The translations under genes were made by a program, and so were the position numbers. A stretch of DNA of 64,000 nucleotides from a virus: positions 1 to 64,000 of IMG/VR virus record IMGVR_UViG_3300044611_002466. The stretch is one strand, 5' to 3'. The notes beneath the pieces were generated by a model, which was not told where the DNA came from, ran no database searches, and saw only the letters and a program-made list of their open reading frames with translations. Positions within the stretch are counted from its first letter, which is position 1; the number at the start of each line of letters is the position of its first letter. Shown here piece after piece: positions 37,434-46,101 of this stretch.

Positions 37434-38275
37434 CACTCCTCCCAGCGAGGAAAGGCCTCGCGGAACTCGTTGATACGCTCGGCGTCCCACGCGGGGCACC
37501 TCTCGTCCAGCACCATCTTCATGAGATCGTAGGGACGCAGACTCGGTCCGGGGATCCACAGGTCCTTGCTCTCGTAGAAATGAGCCGCTCTTCGGACCGA
37601 ACACTCCCCGTAGGGGCAGTCTCGTCCGGCACTCCAGCGATCGAATGCTGTGGGATCTGGATGACACGCGGCGTCAAACCGCATGAGTTCCAGCACCGTT
37701 TCGTCGCGAAGGGCGCCCCATCGAGCGAGGAGCATCATGGTGGGAGAGGGCAGCCGGGCCAAATCCAGGTTGGCGTTCTGGAGCCAAGCGTACTGAAGGG
37801 CAGTCTCGCCCAGGCTCGCCTGCCGAAGATTGGCGCCACGGAAGTCAGCCCAATCGGCACTGGCGAAGTCGAGACATGCGTTCTCCAGGTTGGCCCTGGC
37901 GAACTTAGCATATCTGAGATGAGCACCTGACAGGTCAGCCCCCGAAAGATCTGACCCAGTTAGGTCGGCATGCGACAGGTCGGCACCGGTGAACTTGGCA
38001 TGGCGCAGATCCGCGTCGCGCAGATCTGCGTACCTGAGGTTGGCTTCTATGAAGTCCGCACACTGGAGCACGGCGCCACGGAGGCTGATCTGATGTAGAT
38101 CTGCAGACTGACATACGAGTCGATCGGGCTGGCCATCGGCGCCGAGGCGGGCTGCGATGCTCGGCTTGGCGCCGAAGCCGTGCACGTGAGCGCCGTAGGT
38201 GTCACGCGCCCACGCGCAGTGACCGGGGTACCAGGTCAGATGTGCAAGGTGTTGTGGGATGGAACCGTTGTCCAT
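37433..38275 (-). CDS. Pentapeptide-repeat protein
   Basis: About 18 tandem A(D/N)L.. pentapeptides (ANLRY ADLRD ADLRH...). Confidence 0.9.
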   Translation of the reverse strand: MDNGSIPQHLAHLTWYPGHCAWARDTYGAHVHGFGAKPSIAARLGADGQPDRLVCQSADLHQISLRGAVLQCADFIEANLRYADLRDADLRHAKFTGADLSHADLTGSDLSGADLSGAHLRYAKFARANLENACLDFASADWADFRGANLRQASLGETALQYAWLQNANLDLARLPSPTMMLLARWGALRDETVLELMRFDAACHPDPTAFDRWSAGRDCPYGECSVRRAAHFYESKDLWIPGPSLRPYDLMKMVLDERCPAWDAERINEFREAFPRWEE

Positions 38276-38308
38276 GTCAACCTCTGGTTCGAGGGAGTTT
38301 GATCTCTT

Positions 38309-38548
38309 TCAAGATGCTACACGCGGTAGGCTGGATCGAAGATCGGCCATAACTTCTTCATCTGAGCCTTGAAGTGCATCCGCAATCGCTGAATGTCGCG
38401 AAATACCGGACACCTCGTCCGCTGTAAGTCGAACACCAAGACCCCGCCGCGCTGCGCGCATTATCCGTCGGTATGCACGGCGAACAGTCATGACCTCCTG
38501 CTCGTACGGGGTCAGGCATTGCGCCTTCTGACGACCGGAGCGTGGCAT
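38309..38548 (-). CDS. Hypothetical protein, 79 aa
   Basis: Internal ATG MPRSGRQ of the track ORF. Confidence 0.45.
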   Translation of the reverse strand: MPRSGRQKAQCLTPYEQEVMTVRRAYRRIMRAARRGLGVRLTADEVSGISRHSAIADALQGSDEEVMADLRSSLPRVAS

Positions 38549-38556
38549 GGCTACGG

Positions 38557-38838
38557 CTACCTTCCCCGCCGGTGGCGCCGGTTGGCGGCGTCCATCTTGG
38601 CGCGGATCTGCTCGGGGGTCTCGCGCACCCGGAGTTTCAGAACGCCGACCGGATCGTCGCTGAGTAGGATCGAGGTGACGCCCTCGTCGGGGATGACGCC
38701 GACGATGATGGCGGGGTCCACGTAGGCGGGCCCGATGTCGCGCCATTCAGCAGGCGCGTCCATGATCTCTCGGTAGGCCCGTCCCGGGTGCGTCACAAAT
38801 TCGACGGCGGTGTATTTGATGAGGGCCATGGTGATCAT
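38557..38838 (-). CDS. Hypothetical protein (weak FlbD-like C-terminus)
   Basis: LRVRETPEQIRAKM; ATGA overlap with the upstream gene. Confidence 0.6.
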   Translation of the reverse strand: MITMALIKYTAVEFVTHPGRAYREIMDAPAEWRDIGPAYVDPAIIVGVIPDEGVTSILLSDDPVGVLKLRVRETPEQIRAKMDAANRRHRRGR

Positions 38839-38981
38839 CCTGTGGTGGTGGTGGCGCGCTCGGTGATGATGCGCTCGATGCTGTCGGGGGTCTCGGTGCG
38901 TACCAGACGGAGGCACTCGGAGTAGCTCCACCCGGTGCGCTGCTGGAGCGCGCGGGCTTCTCGTTGCGGCTTGGCTGCCAT
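38835..38981 (-). CDS. Small helical protein, 48 aa
   Basis: GGAG RBS; MAAKPQREARALQQRTGWSYSECLRLV. Confidence 0.6.
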   Translation of the reverse strand: MAAKPQREARALQQRTGWSYSECLRLVRTETPDSIERIITERATTTTG

Positions 38982-39033
38982 GGTGTCTCCGAGGCCCCCG
39001 GCTACCAGAAGGCGGCCGGGAGCGGATGGATGG

Positions 39034-39171
39034 TCAGTTGAGCGTGCCGGCGCTGTCACCGGCGACGCCGGTCGCGCCGTCGAGAGGCCAGCCGCCGTTG
39101 CAGCCTTCGAGAGGGGCGATCTGGGACGGTGTGGATGCGGTTCCCGCCTTGAGACCGGTCTTGGCCTTCAT
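39034..39171 (-). CDS. 45-aa RiPP-precursor-like peptide (MKAKTGLKAGTASTPSQIAPLEGCNGGWPLDGATGVAGDSAGTLN)
   Basis: Hand translation; AAAGGAG SD 8 nt before ATG; GC3-biased codons. Confidence 0.7.
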   Translation of the reverse strand: MKAKTGLKAGTASTPSQIAPLEGCNGGWPLDGATGVAGDSAGTLN

Positions 39172-39202
39172 GATGTGTGCTCCTTTGTTCCCCGGGATGG
39201 GG

Positions 39203-39236
39203 CAGTCCCTCACCGCGCGTCATCGGTGAGGGACTG
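39203..39236. repeat. Perfect 13-bp inverted repeat
   Basis: CAGTCCCTCACCG-8 nt-CGGTGAGGGACTG, flanked by CCCGGG on both sides. Confidence 0.85.
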
Positions 39237-39260
39237 GCCAGCCCCGGGCGCTGGCGGTGG

Positions 39261-39773
39261 TTAGGCGGTCTGAAGGCTCTTGAGACGCGCCGCCGCCGCC
39301 TGCTCGGTCGCCTTGGCGGCTTTGAGGGCCGCCTCTGCCACGCGGAGACGGGGCAACGTCGTCGTCGGGTTCGCGCGCCACGCGAAACCGGCGGAGTTGT
39401 CCTCCTGCTCCGCCTTGAGGCGGGCGGAGTAGGCGCCCATGTACGCCTCCGCCGCCTCGATGGCGGCCATCTCGGTGTCCCAATCTCGCAGCGGCGCGCG
39501 GCCGCTGGAGAGGATGACCCCGTCTGGGGTACGGAGCTGCGCCTTTGGCCAGAAGCGAGACAGCCCGCCGAAGAAGTCGGCCGCGGCCAGCTCCTCCTCG
39601 GTGATCTCGATCACCGACGTACCGTCCGGCGGACCGGCCGCCATGTAGGTCGTGTCGCCGTCGTTGCAGGTGATGAACGACACGTCTGCGGAGTAGCGCC
39701 ACACAGAGAGGTTCTGAGGGCCGAAAACCGGCAAATAGCCCTGTCCTGGAACGTAGATCATGGGGGACTCCAT
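39261..39773 (-). CDS. Hypothetical protein
   Basis: 170 aa; helical C-terminus. Confidence 0.65.
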   Translation of the reverse strand: MESPMIYVPGQGYLPVFGPQNLSVWRYSADVSFITCNDGDTTYMAAGPPDGTSVIEITEEELAAADFFGGLSRFWPKAQLRTPDGVILSSGRAPLRDWDTEMAAIEAAEAYMGAYSARLKAEQEDNSAGFAWRANPTTTLPRLRVAEAALKAAKATEQAAAARLKSLQTA

Positions 39774-39868
39774 TCCCGGGTACGCCGGGCCGAATCTGTG
39801 AAGACACCAGTTGAATCCCCTGTCCCGGGGCTCGGCCGCGTCAGTGGGGACGTGGAACCCATGCGGCG

Positions 39869-40273
39869 TCAGGCCGCGGCGCAGTACCAGGGGGCGGGAA
39901 GCGGGAGGCGCACTTCCACGACATCCCAGCTTTCTCCGCCCGCGAGGGCTTGGAGGCGGGCGCGGTGGATGGGCAGGCGGGTGGCCGCGTCCTCCTGGTT
40001 CTTCGGGTTGACGTCGTTATCTGCCGTCCATGAGTCGAGACGGATCGATGCGGCCACCCGCTGCGCCTCCTGCGGCGCTCCATGGAAGATCACCTCCGGG
40101 GCCTTCGGATGGGGCCGCGTGAACGACCAGCCGTAGCTCTGCAGGAGCACCGCGTCGGCCAACGTGTCGGCCTGCTCTGAGGTGACCGCGTTGATGACCT
40201 CCTGGTTGGTGGGATGGCCGGTGACGCCAAGAACTGCACGAGAGCCGCCGGTCGAGGAGAAGAGAGACGACAT
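39869..40273 (-). CDS. Hypothetical protein
   Basis: 134 aa; GGAG RBS. Confidence 0.65.
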   Translation of the reverse strand: MSSLFSSTGGSRAVLGVTGHPTNQEVINAVTSEQADTLADAVLLQSYGWSFTRPHPKAPEVIFHGAPQEAQRVAASIRLDSWTADNDVNPKNQEDAATRLPIHRARLQALAGGESWDVVEVRLPLPAPWYCAAA

Positions 40274-40318
40274 GATGTACTCCGTGTCCGCGTAGGACAG
40301 CGTGGTGTGTGGTTGCTT

Positions 40319-40672
40319 TTATTGTCTTCGAGGAAGCTGGTGCATCCGGGGGCTTGGACTTCTCAGCGAGTAGGGGTCTACCGCTGACTCCGGTCCAAGC
40401 CCCCGGATGAGTAGAAGGGCCGTCCAGCGAAACCGCGGATGTGCGATTCCGCTGGAGGCCACTGTGGCGTTGTTGACATCCGCCCACCCGACAAGGAGCT
40501 GTCGGATGAACCCGGACGTCACCGCCGTCCACGGAGCCGTGGCCGTGAGGACCAGGACCCATTGAAGCGGGTCCTCCCGAGGAACGAGCTCACTGCTCCG
40601 TAGGTCGCCGTCCAGCGCCCGGTTCGCCGACGCGGCGAACAGCGGTACCCAGGACAGCGACGGAGGACTCAC
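40319..40672 (-). CDS. Hypothetical protein
   Basis: 117 aa; GTGA overlap with the upstream gene. Confidence 0.5.
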   Translation of the reverse strand: MSPPSLSWVPLFAASANRALDGDLRSSELVPREDPLQWVLVLTATAPWTAVTSGFIRQLLVGWADVNNATVASSGIAHPRFRWTALLLIRGLGPESAVDPYSLRSPSPRMHQLPRRQ

Positions 40673-41439
40673 GTGCCGAGCTCGGCACGGAGCTCCACCA
40701 TGGGACGGGAGGGATCCACGAGCCCGGCGCCGCTCAGCGCGAGGCCCAGCTCGGTGTCCTCGTGGACCTCGAGGAGGGAGTAGTGGGGCGCTGGAGCATC
40801 CAACACCTCCAGTACTACCCGAGCCCCGATGCTGTGCCGACGGATCCGCTCATGCAGGAGCGGAACTGCCTCGCTGAGAGGGGCGTCGTCCGCGGCGAGC
40901 ACGCCCTCCTCGCAGCCCGGCGCCATCCACCGGACCGGGACCACGATGGAGGTCCGGCGCCCGCTCTCGGTCTCCTCGAACACCCGGGCCGCGAGGTACG
41001 GCGCCAGATGGAGTCGACCCCGCTCCGCATCCCACTCGAGGCCGATACCGCCCCCTACGAGACGACCCTCGACGACCACGCGCCCGGCCGTCTCGAAGAC
41101 ATCCCTGGGGGGCACCCAGAGGTGGTACTGGCGCAGGGGAGCGGGCGCCCCCGCCACACCAAACACGTGCCGACCCTGGACGCGCAGAGTTCCACCATCA
41201 ACGGGAAAGTCCCGCATCGTCGCGTTGATGACGTCCCGGGCGGACACCAGAGTGTCGTCTGACGACACGTAGGGGGCCTGGGCAGCCCACATGCGAGGCA
41301 CACCTCGCTCATCCAGCCCGCCGAGGACGGCCACAGCCGTCCAGTGCGCGGGGATCTTGACGTCTTCCCCGGCCGTCACGCTGGTGGGAGGGAGGTATCT
41401 CCCCTCGACCCCCACCACAAATGCCTTCCTCATCATCAT
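40669..41439 (-). CDS. Hypothetical protein
   Basis: GAGG RBS; first gene after GTCATAAG copy 4. Confidence 0.7.
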   Translation of the reverse strand: MMMRKAFVVGVEGRYLPPTSVTAGEDVKIPAHWTAVAVLGGLDERGVPRMWAAQAPYVSSDDTLVSARDVINATMRDFPVDGGTLRVQGRHVFGVAGAPAPLRQYHLWVPPRDVFETAGRVVVEGRLVGGGIGLEWDAERGRLHLAPYLAARVFEETESGRRTSIVVPVRWMAPGCEEGVLAADDAPLSEAVPLLHERIRRHSIGARVVLEVLDAPAPHYSLLEVHEDTELGLALSGAGLVDPSRPMVELRAELGT

Positions 41440-41463
41440 TTTCACCTCGGATGCTGGCGAGAG

Positions 41464-43284
41464 ATGCCAGTACCTTCTTATGACGAGAAGATGAGTCCAT
41501 TTAACGCGTCGGACCCCCTAAGCAGCGCATCCGTGATCAGGCAGCCGTCGGAGGACCGCCTGCTCGAGGAGTACCCCAGCCCCTGGGACTTCGAGCCTCC
41601 GACGCCAGACGCCTCACCGTGGGAGTACGCGAACGCGCTGCAGGACGCCGAAGATCTGATCGAGGTCTCCCCGTCCCAGTTCGTCGAGACCTCGATCTTG
41701 ATGCCAGATGCGGTGTCGAAGACCCTCGTGCCCTTCGATTTCAAGGAGCGCCCGTACCTGCGCCACATCTATGACACGCCGAGCAAGCGCATCCTGTTGA
41801 TGTGCGCTCGGCAGGTCGAGAAGAGTACGACTCTGGGGAACCGGATCCTCGCAGTCTCCTGCATCATCCCGCACTTCCGCACGCTCTACGTGTCTCCGTC
41901 GGCACAGCAGACTCAGGAGTTCAGCAAGACGCGTATCCGCGAGCTGCTCGAGACCTCTTCCGACCTCCGAAGGTGGTTTCCGTCGCACATGACGGACAAC
42001 GTGTTTGAGAAGCGCGCGATCAACCGAAGCACCGTGACGCTGCGGTACGCCTTCTTGAACGCGGACCGCTGTCGCGGACTGCGCGCGGACCTGGTGGCGT
42101 TGGACGAGATCCAGCACATCCACCTCGAGAACATCCCCGTCATCGAAGAGGCCGCATCCCACTCCCCGTACCGGAACTTCATCTACTCGGGCACCCCGCT
42201 CACGCTCGACAACCCGATGGAGCACTACTGGTCGAACTTCTCCACGCAGAACGAGTGGGTGGTGCCGTGCGAGCGCCACGGGGTGCCGAGGGATCCCGGC
42301 TCCTGGCACTGGAACATCCTCGCAGAGGACAACATCGGAAAGTTGGGCCTTATCTGCGACAAGTGTGGCGGGAGAATCAACGCGGCGCACCCGAAGGCGC
42401 AGTGGGTGCCCATGGGCTCCCCCGACCCTACGTTGAGCATCTTCGAGGGGTACCGCATCCCCCAGTTGATGGTTCCGTGGATCGAGTGGAAGGACCTCTT
42501 CACGAAGTACATAAACTACCCGCGCGCGATGTTCTTCAACGAGTGCCTCGGGCTCTCGTTCGACAGTGGGCAGCGGCCGCTGTCGGCGGCCGACATCCAG
42601 GTGAACTGCGATGAGAGGCAGCGCCTCGGTCCCGAGGCCGTGAAGCTATGGCGCGAGAAGCTGGCCGGCGTCCCCCTCTACGGAGGCATCGACTGGGGGC
42701 AGGACAGCTCGAAGTCCTACACCGTGATGAAGGTCGGGGGCTACCTCGAGGGGAAGTTCCGCGTCATCTTCGCGCACCGCTTCGTGGGCGCCGAGTCGGA
42801 CATCCGCGCGCAGATGGACAAGATCTGCCGCATCATCGACACTTTCCAGCTCGCGCGAGTCGGTGTCGACTACGGGGGCGGGCTCCACCCGAACGACGAG
42901 CTCCTGCGGAAGTACGGATCGCAGCGCATCGTGCGCTTCCAGTACTCGACGCCCAGCGTCTACATGAAGTGGGACGCACAGCTGGGGCGCTACGTCATCC
43001 ACCGCTCGGAGGTGATGTCGGCGATCTTCAACGCCATCAAGCGCGGGAACGTCTTCCGCTTCCCATCCTGGAAGGACTTCGCTCAGCCGTTCGCGGCGGA
43101 CATGCTCTCGATCTTCTCGGAGTACAACGAGTTCATGCACATGACGCAGTACAAGAAGACCCCAAACAACACCGACGACTCGTTCCACGCGCTGTTGTTC
43201 ATGACGTGCGCCTCGATGCTGGACGTTCCCCGTCCGGACATCTTCGTCCCGAGTGCGATGATCGACCAGCGCTTGGCGGGCTAA
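41464..43284 (+). CDS. terL: Terminase large subunit (start uncertain: 41464 or 41491)
   Basis: MCARQVEKSTT Walker A, RCRGLRADLVALDEIQ Walker B, YSGTP, GGIDWG, VDYGGG, TDDSFHA nuclease motifs. Confidence 0.9.
   Translation: MPVPSYDEKMSPFNASDPLSSASVIRQPSEDRLLEEYPSPWDFEPPTPDASPWEYANALQDAEDLIEVSPSQFVETSILMPDAVSKTLVPFDFKERPYLRHIYDTPSKRILLMCARQVEKSTTLGNRILAVSCIIPHFRTLYVSPSAQQTQEFSKTRIRELLETSSDLRRWFPSHMTDNVFEKRAINRSTVTLRYAFLNADRCRGLRADLVALDEIQHIHLENIPVIEEAASHSPYRNFIYSGTPLTLDNPMEHYWSNFSTQNEWVVPCERHGVPRDPGSWHWNILAEDNIGKLGLICDKCGGRINAAHPKAQWVPMGSPDPTLSIFEGYRIPQLMVPWIEWKDLFTKYINYPRAMFFNECLGLSFDSGQRPLSAADIQVNCDERQRLGPEAVKLWREKLAGVPLYGGIDWGQDSSKSYTVMKVGGYLEGKFRVIFAHRFVGAESDIRAQMDKICRIIDTFQLARVGVDYGGGLHPNDELLRKYGSQRIVRFQYSTPSVYMKWDAQLGRYVIHRSEVMSAIFNAIKRGNVFRFPSWKDFAQPFAADMLSIFSEYNEFMHMTQYKKTPNNTDDSFHALLFMTCASMLDVPRPDIFVPSAMIDQRLAG
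41477..41484 (-). promoter_or_regulatory. Candidate phage promoter motif GTCATAAG (copy 4)
   Basis: Heads the 36.6-41.4 kb minus block; overlaps the terL 5' region. Confidence 0.55.
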
Positions 43285-43344
43285 AAGGGAAGCGGAGGGG
43301 GCTTGTGGCCCTCCCCCGCACTCCCCCTCAGTCCGCCGACGGTC

Positions 43345-43788
43345 TCAGCCGGTCGCCTTCGCGTCCGACTCGACCTCCGCCTCGGCCTCCGCCACGACGG
43401 GCTTGTTCGCGGCGGCCACGAGGGACTCCGCGAACAGGCGAGCCTGTCGCTCGGTCTTGCCGTGGACCCCGGCGTGCATCTTCAGGAGCCCGGGATCCGC
43501 CAGCATGGCCGCCCCGAACTGCCCAAGCTGCCGGGAGTTCTCCTCATACAGGACCTTCGCGTCCTTGCCGAGGAACCGGAATCCGGCCTCCGTGACGAGC
43601 ACCACACACACGGCGGCACCGATGGCCACCTTCATGGACGCCGTGACCGGGACGCCCTTGATGTAGGTGGCGACGGCGGGGATGCCCCAGCCGACGATGG
43701 CGGCGGTCGCGGCGCCGGTGACTGCGGGGGCGCCGACGATCCCGAAAGCCTTCCGGCGGAACACATTCAGTCGGGTGATGAACTGCAT
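43345..43788 (-). CDS. Predicted membrane protein (2 hydrophobic segments)
   Basis: AGAGG RBS; IVGAPAVTGAATAAIVGWGI and VAIGAAVCVVLV. Confidence 0.65.
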   Translation of the reverse strand: MQFITRLNVFRRKAFGIVGAPAVTGAATAAIVGWGIPAVATYIKGVPVTASMKVAIGAAVCVVLVTEAGFRFLGKDAKVLYEENSRQLGQFGAAMLADPGLLKMHAGVHGKTERQARLFAESLVAAANKPVVAEAEAEVESDAKATG

Positions 43789-43838
43789 GAGCGTACCTCT
43801 TCTGGGTGTAGTTGACATGCGTGGGTGCTGTCACTGTT

Positions 43839-43846
43839 CTTATGAC
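43839..43846 (-). promoter_or_regulatory. Candidate phage promoter motif GTCATAAG (copy 5)
   Basis: ACCACT-GAAA-AGTGGT inverted repeat overlapping and upstream of GTCATAAG. Confidence 0.55.
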
Positions 43847-43861
43847 CACTTTTCAGTGGTT

Positions 43862-44341
43862 TTAGCACCACAGCTGGAGCAGGGGGGTCGCCCCGGCCTT
43901 CTGCGAAGAGTGCACGCGCACCTGCGCCGCCTCCGCCTGGTTCGCCCTGTGGTGCAGGTCCGTGACCTGTGCCGCCAGGACCCGAAGCAGCGCGCCTTCC
44001 TCGGCCCGCACCCGCCCCAGCTCATCCACCTCCTCCGTGAGGGCCTGGAGCTTGGCATCCCGGGCAACGAGCGCCTGTTCCAGCTCGTCCGCCTTCACCA
44101 GCACGTGCTGGCGTGCCTTGTACTCGGACGCGCTGTTCTCGAGCGCGGAGATCCGGCTGTCATGGCGAAGCAGCGCGGCGGCGCTTTCATGGCCAGCAGC
44201 CGGTACATCGGCCACGGGCGGTGTCACCGGAACGGGCGGCTTCGCGGGGGGCGGTGTCGGGGCAGTGCGTGTGACCACCGGACCACGTGCCACGCGATCC
44301 ACAGCGTCCGCTGCTGTGGTATCTCTGTTTGTCGTCGACAT
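43862..44341 (-). CDS. Coiled-coil protein with Pro-rich N-terminus
   Basis: CAGGAG RBS; heptad-like C-terminal half. Confidence 0.65.
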   Translation of the reverse strand: MSTTNRDTTAADAVDRVARGPVVTRTAPTPPPAKPPVPVTPPVADVPAAGHESAAALLRHDSRISALENSASEYKARQHVLVKADELEQALVARDAKLQALTEEVDELGRVRAEEGALLRVLAAQVTDLHHRANQAEAAQVRVHSSQKAGATPLLQLWC

Positions 44342-44371
44342 GAACACTCCTGGAATGCGACTTCCAGGGTT

Positions 44372-44379
44372 CTTATGTC
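44372..44379 (-). promoter_or_regulatory. Candidate phage promoter motif GACATAAG (copy 6)
   Basis: About 31 nt upstream of ATG 44341; followed by hairpin CCTGGAA-6-TTCCAGG. Confidence 0.5.
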
Positions 44380-44384
44380 TGCTT

Positions 44385-45107
44385 TTAGCGCTCCTTCTTT
44401 CGACGGACGCGCGAGAGGAGCGACTCCCGGATGGACGCCGGCGAGTCCAGCAACGACGCGCGCTTGAGCTCTCGGTCTGGATCTGCGTTGTACAGATCGT
44501 CGTAGCAGAGGGCCGCGACCCGAAGACGTCTTCGCCCTTCCGTGAGACGCCGGTGCATCATCTGGAGGTCCAGGTCGGTCTTGTACGAGGGATGCTCGTG
44601 CGTGTAGACGATGAGCGCAATGCAGAGGCGCAAGAACACGCTCCACGGGCGCGCACCGGGTACAGCCGCGGCGACCACCGCGAGGTCCTCCTCGTTGAGC
44701 TGGACGAAGAGCTCCGCCCACTGGGCGAGGGCGTCCACGGTCCAGCCCGTCTTCAGCAGGTCGGCGGTCGCCGCCTCGTGGATGGAGCGCGCAGTCGGAA
44801 CGTCGAGACGCAGCGGAACCTCGTGCATGTCCAGCACGCGCAACACCACGTCCATCTCTGAGCGCAGCCGGCGAAGGGCCGCCTTCAACTCCAGAACCTC
44901 CCCGCGACGCTCGAGGGGGGTCCGTACCGTCTGACGAAGGCGGTCCTTGCGGAGCTCCTCGACCTCGAGTGGTTGCAGCCACTTGCGGCGGCTGTTCGGC
45001 GACTTGGTGGTCGACAGCAGTCCCTGTGCGATGTAGCTCCGCACGGAGCGATGGGTAACTCCGAGGTGTCGTGCGGCTTCTTCGACCGACATCGCTGCTT
45101 CTGCCAT
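44385..45107 (-). CDS. MerR/Xis-type winged-HTH DNA-binding protein
   Basis: MSVEEAARHLGVTHRSVRSYIAQGLL...RRKWLQPLEVEEL, then coiled-coil. Confidence 0.75.
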   Translation of the reverse strand: MAEAAMSVEEAARHLGVTHRSVRSYIAQGLLSTTKSPNSRRKWLQPLEVEELRKDRLRQTVRTPLERRGEVLELKAALRRLRSEMDVVLRVLDMHEVPLRLDVPTARSIHEAATADLLKTGWTVDALAQWAELFVQLNEEDLAVVAAAVPGARPWSVFLRLCIALIVYTHEHPSYKTDLDLQMMHRRLTEGRRRLRVAALCYDDLYNADPDRELKRASLLDSPASIRESLLSRVRRKKER

Positions 45108-45183
45108 GAACCCCCCGTGCGCGTTGCCGGAAAAGGGATATACTCGGTCGGTACGCGTAACACGGCGCTGGGGTAACCACGAG

Positions 45184-46101
45184 ATGGCCCACTTCTACGA
45201 AGTGACAGAGCACTCCCTGCGGGACTTGTCCTCGCGGGCCGTTGCGCTTTGCCGCGGCTCGCATCCTGAAGGGCCGTGCTCTCCGACGGACGCCGTCATC
45301 AAGGTGGCATCCTCGTTCAGCGACGCACAGCTCACGAATGAGCACATCAAGCGCATTTGTGAGATGACGTACCACGGCATCTTCGAGCAGCGCTTCCAGG
45401 ACAGCACTGGCGGAGACCGGATGATCGCCTTCGACCCCCCTGATGCAGAGAAGGCGGCCAGCGCGCTGCGCGTGCGTCGCCTCGACTCCTTCGCGAAGGC
45501 GGCGTCGGCCTCCCCCGGGAGGGTGGAGACGGGGATGAACAAGAACGCGGATGCACCCCGCCGGCTCGGCCCCCCGGCCCTCACCAACGCGTTCAGCGCT
45601 GCCATGGGCACCTTCAAGGCAGACGAGACCGCGATGCGGAAGGAGGCGCTCTCCACACTTCGACACCTCCACGGGCAGTTGAAGGAGGCGACCGCGTCGC
45701 TTCAGGTCGAGGTCTCCACCGCCGACAGCTCCGAGAAGGTGGCCTTCCTGGACTTGCTCGATGGTGCCGTGCACGCCACCCGACAAGGGGCCACCGCGAC
45801 CGAGGTGACCTCGGTCTGTCTCGAGCTCGCCAAGCGGGCTGGGGTCGACGACGAGCTCGTGCTCTCAGGCCTCGCTACCGACCTGCTGCGCGGACTCGAC
45901 CAGCGTGGTGTCCTCCAGCGCGGGGAGAAGGTGGCCAGCCTGAGCGGCTTGTCCGCGAACACGCGCCACCCGCTGTGTGCGAAGGTGGAGAAGGTGGCCA
46001 GCCTCCGGGGCTACAAGCTCCACGGGGAGATCGCGCTACAGGACCTGCGCCAGCAGATGCACCGAGTGGACCAGGAGATGAAGGATGGCCGCTACCGGTA
46101 G
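45184..46101 (+). CDS. Head protein with 8 KxA motifs
   Basis: IKVAS, EKAAS, AKAAS, NKNAD, RKEAL, EKVAF, EKVAS x2; TATACT 40 nt upstream. Confidence 0.75.
   Translation: MAHFYEVTEHSLRDLSSRAVALCRGSHPEGPCSPTDAVIKVASSFSDAQLTNEHIKRICEMTYHGIFEQRFQDSTGGDRMIAFDPPDAEKAASALRVRRLDSFAKAASASPGRVETGMNKNADAPRRLGPPALTNAFSAAMGTFKADETAMRKEALSTLRHLHGQLKEATASLQVEVSTADSSEKVAFLDLLDGAVHATRQGATATEVTSVCLELAKRAGVDDELVLSGLATDLLRGLDQRGVLQRGEKVASLSGLSANTRHPLCAKVEKVASLRGYKLHGEIALQDLRQQMHRVDQEMKDGRYR

Noticed and set aside
43291-43320. GC hairpin after terL as a plus-strand terminator
   Set aside because: The stem is imperfect and the T-run lies on the minus strand; at best a weak minus-strand terminator, so not listed as a feature
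43345-43788. Holin call for the two-helix membrane protein
   Set aside because: No endolysin or spanin nearby, and it lies in a CATAAG-type (putative early) unit
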